Shown here: positions 19,050-28,406 of the stretch, one piece after another | How the letters are laid out: each line of letters begins with the position of its first letter | Numbering within the stretch: position 1 is the stretch's first letter | Origin: an uncultured Pseudomonadales bacterium | Lineage (GTDB): Bacteria > Patescibacteriota > Microgenomatia > UBA1400 > CAYNMC01 | Assembly (NCBI GenBank): GCA_964414895.1 | Contig: CAYPXO010000002.1 | Span: forward strand, 35,211 to 99,210 | Reading direction: 5' to 3' | DNA length: 64,000 nt | Made by a program: the position numbers and the translations under genes | The notes under the pieces: model-generated | Told to the model about the DNA's origin: nothing | Seen by the model: only the letters and a program-made list of their open reading frames with translations | Database searches by the model: none

Positions 19050-20245
19050 AAATTTCTTAAGGCCTTCTTGACTGCTTTGTGTTCTGACCAAGGATGTTCT
19101 TTTTCCCCAAAACACATTGACTGTTCGTGGCCCTTGCCAAAAAGAGTAACAATATCTCCTTTTTTAGCAAGCTTCCTAATAGCAAAATTTATTGCTTTTT
19201 GTCTATCTGCAATTTTACAAAGCTTTCTTTTATTTTTACATCCTGAAGCTATTTCTTCAATAATTTCCTTGACATTCTCAGTCCGTGGGTCCTCGGCCGT
19301 CAAAACCACCTTATCAGCCAATCGGCAAGCAATTTTCCCCATTGCTGGTCTTTTATAATGATCGCGCAAGCCAGCGCAACCAAAAATGGCAATTAACTTC
19401 CGATGAGAAAAAGTTCTTAAAGTTTTCAGAGCGTTCTTTAAAGCGTTAGGGGTATGAGCAAAATCAATAATCACCTTAAAATTCTTATCATAAACTTTCT
19501 CCATTCTTCCCTTAACTCCTTTGAATTGAGCAATAACCTTTCTAACAACAGGTTCTTTTACTTTAAGAATTTTAGCAACACTAATAGCGGCTAAACAATT
19601 AAGTCTGTTGTATTCTCCTGGCAAAGAAGTCTTAAAAGGAAACTTTTTTAAATTAAGATCACCTTTTTTTAAACCATAAGTAATAACTTTTCCCTTAGCG
19701 ATTTTTTTTAAATAGCCAAAAGACTTGTCTTCAATGTTTAAAACAGCAAACTTTGTCTTTTGAAATAATCGAGCCTTGGCTGACAAATAGTCTTGCCAAT
19801 TTCCATGATAATCTAAATGCTCGTCAGTCACATTTGTAACCACTCCTATATTAAAATTAACCCCAAGGAGACGGTGTTGATCCAAGCCATGGGAAGTTGT
19901 TTCTAAAATTATAAACTTAAATTTCCTATCGGCAATGCGGCGCAAAAGCTTCTGCAACTTACAAGAGTCTGGAGTAGTCACATGCAAGCCGGTGTCTAAA
20001 ACCTCCTCTCCAATTTTGGCACAAACACTGGTTATCAAAGCTACTCTTTTCCCTGCTTTTTTGAGAATTTCATAAATTAAAGTAGAAGTTGTTGTTTTCC
20101 CGTCTGTGCCAGTAACGCCAATAACAACCAAATTCTTAGCCGGATAGCGATAAAAAACAACCGCCAGAATAGAAATAGGGAGATGGTAAAAAGTATTAAC
20201 AAGCCAGTGAGGGATAAAATTTCGCAGAGTTTGTAAGAAAGACAT
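19046..20245 (-). CDS. murE: UDP-MurNAc-tripeptide synthetase MurE
   Basis: GVTGTDGKTTT, TTPD, ETTSHGLDQHR, HLDYH, DFAHTP, EDPRTE, GKGHE. Confidence 0.95.
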   Translation of the reverse strand: MSFLQTLRNFIPHWLVNTFYHLPISILAVVFYRYPAKNLVVIGVTGTDGKTTTSTLIYEILKKAGKRVALITSVCAKIGEEVLDTGLHVTTPDSCKLQKLLRRIADRKFKFIILETTSHGLDQHRLLGVNFNIGVVTNVTDEHLDYHGNWQDYLSAKARLFQKTKFAVLNIEDKSFGYLKKIAKGKVITYGLKKGDLNLKKFPFKTSLPGEYNRLNCLAAISVAKILKVKEPVVRKVIAQFKGVKGRMEKVYDKNFKVIIDFAHTPNALKNALKTLRTFSHRKLIAIFGCAGLRDHYKRPAMGKIACRLADKVVLTAEDPRTENVKEIIEEIASGCKNKRKLCKIADRQKAINFAIRKLAKKGDIVTLFGKGHEQSMCFGEKEHPWSEHKAVKKALRNL

Positions 20246-20288
20246 ATCTAATTTAGAAATTAGTCTATGGGCTTGGGTATAGAAACTT

Positions 20289-20314
20289 GTTTGCCTGCCT
20301 GCCGGCAGGCAAAC
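20289..20314. repeat. Stand-alone family-D palindrome
   Basis: GTTTGCCTGCCTGCCGGCAGGCAAAC in the murE-ftsI gap. Confidence 0.8.
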
Positions 20315-20344
20315 CTAAACCCATTTTCTGATTAACTTATTATA

Positions 20345-22087
20345 TCATTCTGGCGGAATCCCATAATAAAAGAAAAGTTTCTCTGCAATTTTAAAAAAAA
20401 GCGGGGCGGCTGTTTCTGAACCCCAAGGAGAACTAGTCGGTTCTCTAAGATAGGTAAGCATTACAAACCTCGGCTTATCTGCCGGGGCAAAGCCGATAAA
20501 AGAAGCAATCGTTTTTTCTTTATCATAATGTCCGGCTACCGGAATTTGCGCTGTTCCTGTTTTTCCGGCTATCTTGTAACCGTCAAGCTTTGTCCATTTA
20601 ACTTCTCCCTCCTCTACTGCATTAACCATCATTTCTGTTATTTCCCGAGTCGCCTTCTCTTTTAAAACTCTAGTTATAATCTTTGGTTTTATCTCTAAAC
20701 TCTTTTTCTCTCCTTCTATTTTCGCTACAACATGTGGCTCCGGTAAGCTACCTCCGTTAGCAATTGCCGCCACCGCCCTAACCATTTGAATGCCAGTTAC
20801 TGCCAAGCCTTGCCCAAAAGAAGCAGTTGCTAAATCTACGTTGCTCCATTGCTTTTTGTCTTTAAGAGAAACATTTCCTTCCTCTTGAAGGTCAATCCCG
20901 GTTTTCTTGCCAACTCCCAACCTTTCTAGGTATTCTGCCAATTTATCTTTACCTAACTTCTGACCTACAAAAACCATCCCAACATTATCAGAATTTTTTA
21001 TAACCTCGCGCATCGTTTGATTGGGATAATACTCATCATTCCAAGTTTTTATAATATATTTATCAATTTTAAAAGGTTTTTCACAAATAGCGCATTTTGT
21101 CTCTGGCGTAATAACCTCTTGGTCTAAAGCCGCTGCCATCACCAAAACCTTAAAAGTAGAACCCGGTTCATAGCTTTCGGCAATACAAGGATTTTTATAC
21201 ACTTCTTTGGAATAATCTGAAAACCTGGCCTGCTCATATCTTGGATAAGCAGCCATTGAAAGAACTGCCCCGCTATAAGGTTCTATAACAACTACCCAGC
21301 CGGATTTCGCTTTGTATTTCTCAACTGCTTTCTCTAACTCTTTCTCTACTGAAAGTTGAAAAGAGCGGTCTAGGTGTAAAATTAAGTTCTTACCATCTTT
21401 TTTTTCTTCTTTGTTAAAAAATCCCGTTAAAATTGGATCGTTGGAAACATCCTTTTCTTGAACTAAAACTCCTTGCTGCCCTTCAAGTTCAAAATTGTAA
21501 AAACCTTCAATTCCAAAATAACCAGTTTGTTCGCCGGCAAAATTAGCACCAACAAAACCGGTTAGATGAGCAGCCATCGAAGCCTCTGGGTAAAATCTAA
21601 GCATCTCCTGCTCAAAACCCAATCCCTCAATTTCTAAATTTTCTATTTGTTCCTTCTGGACCAAAGAAAGCTTTTTTTGTAAAGGAACCCACAATTTCTC
21701 TTCTGGCTCAAGAAGAGCTTTTAATTTTTCACTGTTTTCGTCTAGTATTTCCTCTTTTTTTTTAGCAGAAGAGGTTGCTTCAATTTGAGGTGCGGCTATA
21801 ATTGGAGTTAAACTCTTGACTATCTTTTTCTTTTCTTCCTCTTTTATCTTTTTCAAGTTAGCAAAAAGTAAATAAGATTCCTTGCTGGAAACCAAAGGGA
21901 AGCCATCAGCCGTCAAGATCTCACCCCTAACAGGATTAATTTTCTTAATTTTCTCCCATTGGTCTGATCCTAAAATGGCCAACTCTTCCGCTTTAATTAC
22001 CTGCCAATAAAAAAGCCTAACAATTATTAGGCCTGTAAAAAAAATAAAAAGAAAAACTAAGACAGACAATCGCCTTTCGATATCCAT
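20345..22087 (-). CDS. ftsI: Class B penicillin-binding protein (FtsI-like)
   Basis: N-terminal TM, RGEI, EPGSTFK (SxxK), SDN, KTGTAQ. Confidence 0.93.
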   Translation of the reverse strand: MDIERRLSVLVFLFIFFTGLIIVRLFYWQVIKAEELAILGSDQWEKIKKINPVRGEILTADGFPLVSSKESYLLFANLKKIKEEEKKKIVKSLTPIIAAPQIEATSSAKKKEEILDENSEKLKALLEPEEKLWVPLQKKLSLVQKEQIENLEIEGLGFEQEMLRFYPEASMAAHLTGFVGANFAGEQTGYFGIEGFYNFELEGQQGVLVQEKDVSNDPILTGFFNKEEKKDGKNLILHLDRSFQLSVEKELEKAVEKYKAKSGWVVVIEPYSGAVLSMAAYPRYEQARFSDYSKEVYKNPCIAESYEPGSTFKVLVMAAALDQEVITPETKCAICEKPFKIDKYIIKTWNDEYYPNQTMREVIKNSDNVGMVFVGQKLGKDKLAEYLERLGVGKKTGIDLQEEGNVSLKDKKQWSNVDLATASFGQGLAVTGIQMVRAVAAIANGGSLPEPHVVAKIEGEKKSLEIKPKIITRVLKEKATREITEMMVNAVEEGEVKWTKLDGYKIAGKTGTAQIPVAGHYDKEKTIASFIGFAPADKPRFVMLTYLREPTSSPWGSETAAPLFFKIAEKLFFYYGIPPE

Positions 22088-22088
22088 T

Positions 22089-22370
22089 TTAGAATTTCAA
22101 AGCAATTCCTTTTTGGTCTGGCAGATAAACAACAGAAGGATTTTTGCTAAAACCAAGTTGTTTTGCTTTTTCTTCCAGTTCTAGTAAGCTACTACAAGAA
22201 GCAATCTGATTACTAAGTCTTCTGTTTTCCATTTTTAAAACTTCAGCCTCTTTTTCCATCTTTTGTAAAACCTCTCCCGAAGTTGCCAATTTGTTGGCAA
22301 AAATAATTTGCAACAAAGCCAAAACAGCTACAATCACAACCAAAAATAAATGGTAAGAAATTTTTTTCAT
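22089..22370 (-). CDS. FtsL-like small membrane/coiled-coil protein
   Basis: TM + coiled coil + AKQLGF; between rsmH and ftsI. Confidence 0.65.
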   Translation of the reverse strand: MKKISYHLFLVVIVAVLALLQIIFANKLATSGEVLQKMEKEAEVLKMENRRLSNQIASCSSLLELEEKAKQLGFSKNPSVVYLPDQKGIALKF

Positions 22371-23281
22371 AATTTTTTTATCGCCCGCAGTTTAGCACTC
22401 CGCGCTCTAGGATTTACTTTTAGTTCTCTATCATCAGGCACAATTGGCTTTTTGGTTAACACTTGGAACAAAGCTTCTCTATCTTTCTCTTTAAAAAATT
22501 TCTTAACGATTTTGTCTTCTAACCCATGAAAGCTGATCACTACCAATTTTCCTTTTTTCTCTAAAATTTCCAAGGCTTCAGGCAATGCCTTTCTCAAATT
22601 GTTCAACTCATCATTAACAGCAATTCTCAAAGCCTGAAAAATCTTTGTTGCTGGATGGATTTTTCTCCTTCCTTTCTGTTGACAATAAACTTTCTCCACA
22701 ATTTTAGCTAGCTGCCCGGTAGTTTCAATTGGCTTTTCTCTACGGGTCCGATTAATAGCACGAGCAATTGCCAAAGAATACTTTTCTTCACCCAGCTTAG
22801 AAAAAAGTTCATAAAGCTCTTTCTGCCCCAACGCTGCAATCAGGTCGGCGGCACTCACTTTTAAATTCTCATCCATCCGCATATCCAAAAGCTCATCTTT
22901 CTGGAAAGAAAACCCTCTGCCTTTGGATTGCAGCTGGTGATGAGAGGTTCCTAGATCAAAAAGAATTCCGGCAGGACGAGCAATTCCCTGGCTTTGCCAA
23001 ACACTTTTCAAATTGGCAAAATTGGCCTTTACCAGCTTGAAAGCGTTTGTAGGGCAGGCGTGTTTCTGACAAAAAACCGCCAAACGCTTTTTGGCAAAAT
23101 CTACTGCCTCAGAATCGCAGTCCAATCCGAAAACTCTTCCTCCCTTTAATAAAATTTCTAAAGCGTGGCCGGCACTGCCAATAGTGACATCAATGTAAAG
23201 CCAGCCAGGCTTAACACTTAGGTAACTTATTGCTTCTTTTAAAAGAGCAGGCTGATGGAACTGGCTAAAATCTTCGGAAAT
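22367..23281 (-). CDS. rsmH: 16S rRNA m4C1402 methyltransferase RsmH; no canonical start at the conserved N-terminus (ATT 23281 or ATA 23284 proposed)
   Basis: Frame open from 23284: IISEDFSQFHQPALLKEA..YIDVTIGSAGHA..; DLGTS, RGFSF, LDMRMD, HPATKIFQALRIAVNDEL, NPRARSAKLR. Confidence 0.9.
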   Translation of the reverse strand: MSEDFSQFHQPALLKEAISYLSVKPGWLYIDVTIGSAGHALEILLKGGRVFGLDCDSEAVDFAKKRLAVFCQKHACPTNAFKLVKANFANLKSVWQSQGIARPAGILFDLGTSHHQLQSKGRGFSFQKDELLDMRMDENLKVSAADLIAALGQKELYELFSKLGEEKYSLAIARAINRTRREKPIETTGQLAKIVEKVYCQQKGRRKIHPATKIFQALRIAVNDELNNLRKALPEALEILEKKGKLVVISFHGLEDKIVKKFFKEKDREALFQVLTKKPIVPDDRELKVNPRARSAKLRAIKKL

Positions 23282-23289
23282 TATTCATT

Positions 23290-23361
23290 GTCATTCCTGG
23301 CTCGACCAGGAATCTATACAAATAATTACTGTTATAGATTCCGCATCAAGTGCGGAATGAC
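23290..23361. repeat. Family-A REPIN
   Basis: GTCATTCCTGGCTCGACCAGGAATCTATA...TATAGATTCCGCATCAAGTGCGGAATGAC. Confidence 0.9.
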
Positions 23362-23374
23362 AAGGAAAAACAAC

Positions 23375-23812
23375 TCATATTCTGATTTCAAGATTATTTA
23401 ATCTTTCGGCAATCTCATCAGAAGTCTTTTCAATTTTTGACTGATACTCCTCAAACTTATCTTTTGCCCAAATTTCTATGCGATCAAGACTGCCGGCCAC
23501 AACTGCTTGCTTCTTTAAGTAAGCAAACTTTTTAAGGACTTCCGGCAGGAGAATTCTTCCCTGACTGTCGAACTCAACTGCAAAAGCCTCATAGGTCAAA
23601 AGTCTTGTAAAAGCGCGAGCGTCCAAGCTTGTTAGAGGGGTTTGGCGCAATTTTTTAGCAATTTCTTGCCAGCGAGTTTTAGGAAAGAGAAACAAACAAC
23701 CATCCAAACCCCTAGTCAAAATCCCTTCTTTTCCTAAAGTTCCTCTGAATTTTTTGGGAATCGCCAGCCTTCCTTTGGCTTCTAAATTCCTCTCGTATAA
23801 CCCGATAAACAT
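23375..23812 (-). CDS. mraZ: Transcriptional regulator MraZ
   Basis: MFIG, KGRLAIPKKFR, RGLDGCL, DSQGRILLP, RIEIW; start taken at ATG 23812. Confidence 0.95.
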   Translation of the reverse strand: MFIGLYERNLEAKGRLAIPKKFRGTLGKEGILTRGLDGCLFLFPKTRWQEIAKKLRQTPLTSLDARAFTRLLTYEAFAVEFDSQGRILLPEVLKKFAYLKKQAVVAGSLDRIEIWAKDKFEEYQSKIEKTSDEIAERLNNLEIRI

Positions 23813-23834
23813 ACTCTTTGCTCTATTATTATTA

Positions 23835-23889
23835 TCACCACTTTTCACCACTAATAAACATTTTTATATACTCAACTCATGCTTGTCAA
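23835..23889 (-). promoter_or_regulatory. dcw promoter region with MraZ-box-like repeats
   Basis: AGTGGTGA x2 at 10-nt period (23852-23845, 23842-23835); TTGACA at 23889-23884. Confidence 0.65.
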
Positions 23890-23909
23890 GAGGGAAAAAT
23901 CAACAAAAA

Positions 23910-23941
23910 AACACTCTAATGATTCGAATCATTAGAGTGTT
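23910..23941 (-). terminator. Intrinsic terminator downstream of the dehydrogenase gene
   Basis: Perfect 32-nt palindrome AACACTCTAATGATTCGAATCATTAGAGTGTT followed by a T-run on the minus strand. Confidence 0.7.
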
Positions 23942-24066
23942 AAAGAAATTAATCTCTTCCTAAAACTATTCTCCCCAACCTGGATTTCCCCAACCAGTTC
24001 GAGCAGGAGAAGAGAGAGTCTTTCTGTTTTTTCTAGAGAGTTAGTTTTTTTAAATTTTTGATATTC

Positions 24067-25608
24067 TTACCTCATCCACTTCCTTACATATCTCTCCATC
24101 GCCATATAATAGAAAGCGTCAGCCAAAGAATCAACAATTCCTTTTTTAACCAACTTATTCATTTCTTCAAAATTACTCCTTAGGCAATGGGCTATATATT
24201 TTTCTGATTTTTTTTTGTTAACAGCAAAGTTGCCAACATTGCCGGCCCATTCAATCAGTGAACCAATCACTCCGCCGGAATTGGCAAAAGAGCCGGTTAA
24301 ATGATCAATTTTTCTTTTAGGCAATTGCATTTCTGCCTTGGGAGTAACCGGACCGTTGGCTCCATCAACAACCAAACTCCCTTCCGGTAAAAAACAAACA
24401 TTCTTGTTGTTTATAATCATTGCGTCTGAAGAGACAAAAAGGACATTCATTCCTGAGTCCTGCCATAAACGAACTTTACCCTTATCTAAATCCTCCCTCT
24501 TTTCAGCTATGGCTTTTACTCCTTTTTTCCCTCTGGCCCATTGGGCTAAACTACCCCGTTTTGCCTTAATTCTTCCTATTTCCTGCAAGTCTCTTGGCTT
24601 AAAACCTTCCTTTACCATAATTACTGATCTACTATCCGTCATCCCGACTACTTTAATTCCATAATTAACCAAAAAGGTTGCCGCTGGTCGCGCGGCATTA
24701 CCAGCCCCATCAAAAACAACTATTAAATCTTTCAGCTTTTTCCCTTTGGTCTTTGCCCAGGCTTTCAAGGCTTCTACTGTGCCAAAACCGGTCGCTGTTG
24801 CCCGAGCCGGATTGCCAAGATACCTATCATCGGATGTTTTCCCGGTAAGGACAGCAACCACTAAGTTCCTTTTCATCTTCACCCCTAAATTCTTTATCGC
24901 CTTTTGGTAGCCGTCAACAAAACCATCCAAAACAGAACTGCCCTTAACTTTCCCTGTTGTACCAATATCACCGGCCGGCACATCCCTGTCCCAGCCAACT
25001 ATCTGCAAAAGCCCGAGTTTATAGCCAAAAACCTCCAAAGCCCTTTTTACAAACTGGTTATGATCAGGTAAGTGTAAAGACCGAGGAGCAATAATGACTC
25101 CTTTAGAACCGCCAACAATATCCAAATCTTTAAGAGATCTCCTTTTTTTAATAAGCCCCCCTTCTTCTAAAACCCGTTTACGAAAATTAGTCCCTGAATT
25201 TTTAGCGAGCATCTCTAGTCCTAAAGCCATTACATCATCCAAGGCAGACTGGCGGGCTTTCTTCTCATCAGCAATACTTATTATCCTGCCTTGAGTTTCT
25301 TCTTCAACAGACAAAAATCTTATCCCTCCCTTAACAATTTCTCCTTTCTTGTGCAACTTGCCGTTATCAAACCAAGCTCTCATACCTAAACAAATATAAA
25401 TCTTTCCTTTAAACTCCACTGGCAAAATTACTTCTACTGTTCTTGAAGGATGAAGAATCTGATAAACAACAAAGCGATCAATATCTAAACTGGTAGTGCT
25501 CTCAAGTTGGCCTAAAGCTCGTAAAACCCGCCACTGAGCGCCAGCCATAAAGCTTTTCTCACCCTGTTCGGCTAAACTTTTTAAACTTTTTTGAAAGTCT
25601 ATAGTCAT
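24067..25608 (-). CDS. Glu/Leu/Phe/Val dehydrogenase family protein (divergent)
   Basis: KGGIRF, GGSKG, DVPAGDIGT, ATGFG, GAGNA, GANGP, ANSGGV. Confidence 0.85.
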   Translation of the reverse strand: MTIDFQKSLKSLAEQGEKSFMAGAQWRVLRALGQLESTTSLDIDRFVVYQILHPSRTVEVILPVEFKGKIYICLGMRAWFDNGKLHKKGEIVKGGIRFLSVEEETQGRIISIADEKKARQSALDDVMALGLEMLAKNSGTNFRKRVLEEGGLIKKRRSLKDLDIVGGSKGVIIAPRSLHLPDHNQFVKRALEVFGYKLGLLQIVGWDRDVPAGDIGTTGKVKGSSVLDGFVDGYQKAIKNLGVKMKRNLVVAVLTGKTSDDRYLGNPARATATGFGTVEALKAWAKTKGKKLKDLIVVFDGAGNAARPAATFLVNYGIKVVGMTDSRSVIMVKEGFKPRDLQEIGRIKAKRGSLAQWARGKKGVKAIAEKREDLDKGKVRLWQDSGMNVLFVSSDAMIINNKNVCFLPEGSLVVDGANGPVTPKAEMQLPKRKIDHLTGSFANSGGVIGSLIEWAGNVGNFAVNKKKSEKYIAHCLRSNFEEMNKLVKKGIVDSLADAFYYMAMERYVRKWMR

Positions 25609-25642
25609 TTTTTATCCTTTAAAAGAATTGCGAAAGTGCTCT

Positions 25643-26470
25643 TTACTTCTCCACTAAAACAAAAGCTCCCAAACTGTCAACCTCTGCCGAGGCCTTGCCT
25701 CCACTGACCTCTGTTTCATATTCCTGCCAACTATCACCGTTCCATCTTAACACAACAACCCCTTCCTTTTCTACTCCTTTAAAGATCAAAGCAGCATTGG
25801 CAAGACTTCTTGGTCCGTCAGCATAAAAACCATAAGGACCGGCTATAATCTCCCCTTCGGGAATCTCCGGTAAGCCCAAAGTAGAAGCAATAACCAAGTA
25901 ATCATCGCTTTCTAAATCGCTACTGCCGACTTCAAGGCTAACTTTTTCGTCAGGACTGGTAAACAATCCTTCTACTTCTGTTTTGTTTTGCAGATTAAAG
26001 TCAGTTTTCAAAGCGGCTTCTTCTCCATTGAAAAATTGAAAAGTAAACTTCCCTTCGTAAACTCCCTCATCATACTTATATTTACCTTTAGAGGCTGACC
26101 CAAAAGCAATCTCTTTGGAAACTGGCGGTTTTTCTTTGGTAAAATCTATTCTTCCCATCCCTCCCTGGATCATCGAACCAGTCGTATATTCAAACTCATA
26201 CTCTACTTCCTCAAAACCCCCAATTTTGTCAATAGTCACCGTTACCCAATGACCTAAGCTCTTTGGCTCAATATTGCTCTTTGGCTCAAGGATAATATAA
26301 GGCCTTTTTTCTAACTCTAGGGTATTTACCTGCAAGATTTTTCTTTCTGTTAAAGGCTTTGTTGAAATCATGGAAGAATCCTCAGAAGAAAAAGGTTTAA
26401 AAAACCATAAAATAAAGGCAACCGCCAAAGAAATCAATCCTAAAATAATAAAAATAATTTTTTTATTCAT
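25643..26470 (-). CDS. Hypothetical membrane-anchored extracellular protein
   Basis: 275 aa ORF, N-terminal TM, acidic beta-rich body, co-oriented with neighbours. Confidence 0.7.
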   Translation of the reverse strand: MNKKIIFIILGLISLAVAFILWFFKPFSSEDSSMISTKPLTERKILQVNTLELEKRPYIILEPKSNIEPKSLGHWVTVTIDKIGGFEEVEYEFEYTTGSMIQGGMGRIDFTKEKPPVSKEIAFGSASKGKYKYDEGVYEGKFTFQFFNGEEAALKTDFNLQNKTEVEGLFTSPDEKVSLEVGSSDLESDDYLVIASTLGLPEIPEGEIIAGPYGFYADGPRSLANAALIFKGVEKEGVVVLRWNGDSWQEYETEVSGGKASAEVDSLGAFVLVEK

Positions 26471-27755
26471 TTATCAATTTTTCTTTAAAATAGTTTTCCA
26501 ATCTTTTTACTTTCATTCTCTTTTGTTTCGTTGTATCTCTGTCTCTCACTGTTACTGTCTCATCCTCCAAGGTTTGAAAATCAACGGTCACACACCAGGG
26601 GGTACCAATTTCATCCTGAGAATAATAGCGCTTGCCAATGTTGCCTCTATCATCCCAAACAACTACAAAAGACTTTCTCAAGCTATTATAAATTATCCTT
26701 GCCTTTTTTACCAAAGTCGGCTTGTTAGCCAGCAAAGGAAAAACCGCTACTTTAAAAGGAGCTATCTTAGGCTTTAGCTGTAAAACTACCCTTTTATCCT
26801 CTTGTTTATAAGCCTGGCATAAAAGAGCCAAAAATAATCTTTCTACTCCCACTGAAGGCTCAATTACAAAAGGATAAAACTCTTTTCCTTTCTCATCTTT
26901 AAAGCTTAAATTTTTCCCTGAAAACTTAGAGTGGTTTTTAAGATCAAAGTCTGTTCTACTAGCAATACCTTCCAGTTCACCCCAACCAAAAGGATAACGG
27001 TACTCAATGTCAACGGTCCTTTTGGAATAATGAGCCAAGCTTTCTTTCGGGTGATCAAAGCGCCGCAAGTTTTCTTTTTTAAGACCTAAGTTCAAATGCC
27101 AAGCCTCTCTTTTCTTAAGCCAGTAATCAAACCATCTCTCATCCTCGCCAGGATTAACAAAAAATTCCAACTCCATCATCTCTATTTCTCTATCTCTAAA
27201 AATAAAATTGCCGGTAGTAATTTCATTGCGAAAACCTTTACCGATCTGGGCAATTCCAAAAGGAAGGTGCGTCCGCATCGTATCAACTACATTGGCAAAG
27301 TTAATAAAAATCCCCTGGCAAGTCTCCGGACGAAGATAAGCCTGATGAGCAGTATCCTCTGCCGGACCAACAAAAGTCTTAAACATTAGGTTAAATTGCT
27401 TAACTTCCGTAAGTTCACCTCCACACTGAGGACATTTGTCATCCGTCAGATGGTCAGCGCGAAACCGTTGATGACACTTTTTACATTCCCGCAAAGGATC
27501 AGTAAAAGAAAGGCTGTGACCGGAAGCTCTCCATACCTTAGGATTATGAATTACTGTCGAGTCCAAGCCATAAACATCATCTCTTTCTTCTACCATTTCT
27601 CTCCACCAAAGATCTTTAATATTTTTTCTCATCAACACTCCCAAAGGCCCAAAGTCCCAAAAACCACCAATCCCTCCATAGATTTCCGAGCCCGGGAAAA
27701 CAAACCCTCTTCTTTTGCAAAGAGAAACAATTTTCTCCATAAGTTTATTTGTCAT
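26463..27755 (-). CDS. glyQS: Glycyl-tRNA synthetase, alpha2 type
   Basis: CKRRGF, YLRPETCQGIF, FRNEIT, HYSKRT, IEPSVG, IGKRY..QDEIGTP. Confidence 0.96.
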   Translation of the reverse strand: MTNKLMEKIVSLCKRRGFVFPGSEIYGGIGGFWDFGPLGVLMRKNIKDLWWREMVEERDDVYGLDSTVIHNPKVWRASGHSLSFTDPLRECKKCHQRFRADHLTDDKCPQCGGELTEVKQFNLMFKTFVGPAEDTAHQAYLRPETCQGIFINFANVVDTMRTHLPFGIAQIGKGFRNEITTGNFIFRDREIEMMELEFFVNPGEDERWFDYWLKKREAWHLNLGLKKENLRRFDHPKESLAHYSKRTVDIEYRYPFGWGELEGIASRTDFDLKNHSKFSGKNLSFKDEKGKEFYPFVIEPSVGVERLFLALLCQAYKQEDKRVVLQLKPKIAPFKVAVFPLLANKPTLVKKARIIYNSLRKSFVVVWDDRGNIGKRYYSQDEIGTPWCVTVDFQTLEDETVTVRDRDTTKQKRMKVKRLENYFKEKLINE

Positions 27756-27839
27756 TTTTTACAATTTTACCAAATAACTTAATAATATTAAACAAAAAAC
27801 AAGCTTTTGTTTTTACAATAAACGACTTGCGGGTGCAAG

Positions 27840-28406
27840 TCATTTATTGTAAAATTCACAACTCTTTCCTCTTAAAAATTTTTCACTATTAAGCCTTCTG
27901 TCTAAAATGCTCTCAATATGCCTCTCTAGAGTAGACAAGTCTTGCTTTGCTGGTAAACCAAAACCTAAATGAGTCAAAAGAGACTTTTGAAAGTCAATAA
28001 TCTCAGTTCCTCCAAATTTCCTTCTTTCATTTATTCTTCTTAAGGAATTGACTAAAAGCTTGTAAATAAAAAGGCTCTCCTGGTTTTCTGCGGTTAAACA
28101 GTTAATCAATTCCACTAGATAATAAGCTGTCCTTACAAGAGAAAAATTCTTACGCAAATAAGGAAAATCTTCAAGTAGTTTTGTTTCTGTTACTAAACTC
28201 AGGCTTTTTCCTTTAACTAAAAAAAGTGAGGCTTGATTAAAAAGCTCAAGCGAAGGAGCCCGTCTGGAGTTTATTTTACGAATTCCCTTAGCAAGACAAC
28301 AAACTTTGCCTCTTTGCTTACTAAAGACTGTTAAAATCTTGTCTGTTTCTCCATAGTTTATTCTTTTTAAAATAATTGCCTCTATTCTGTAAGTTCCAGC
28401 CATCAC
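27840..28406 (-). CDS. recO: DNA repair protein RecO (short form)
   Basis: AIILKRINYGETDKILTVFS..GKV..AKGIRKINSRR. Confidence 0.9.
   Translation of the reverse strand: MMAGTYRIEAIILKRINYGETDKILTVFSKQRGKVCCLAKGIRKINSRRAPSLELFNQASLFLVKGKSLSLVTETKLLEDFPYLRKNFSLVRTAYYLVELINCLTAENQESLFIYKLLVNSLRRINERRKFGGTEIIDFQKSLLTHLGFGLPAKQDLSTLERHIESILDRRLNSEKFLRGKSCEFYNK

Noticed and set aside
23050-23062. GTAGGGCAGGCG in rsmH as a REP or family-D insertion
   Set aside because: No complementary arm; reads as ordinary coding sequence.
23965-24040. Possible small peptide ...RTGWGNPGWGE* on the minus strand
   Set aside because: No start codon after the upstream in-frame stops; only a short CCCCAACC duplication.
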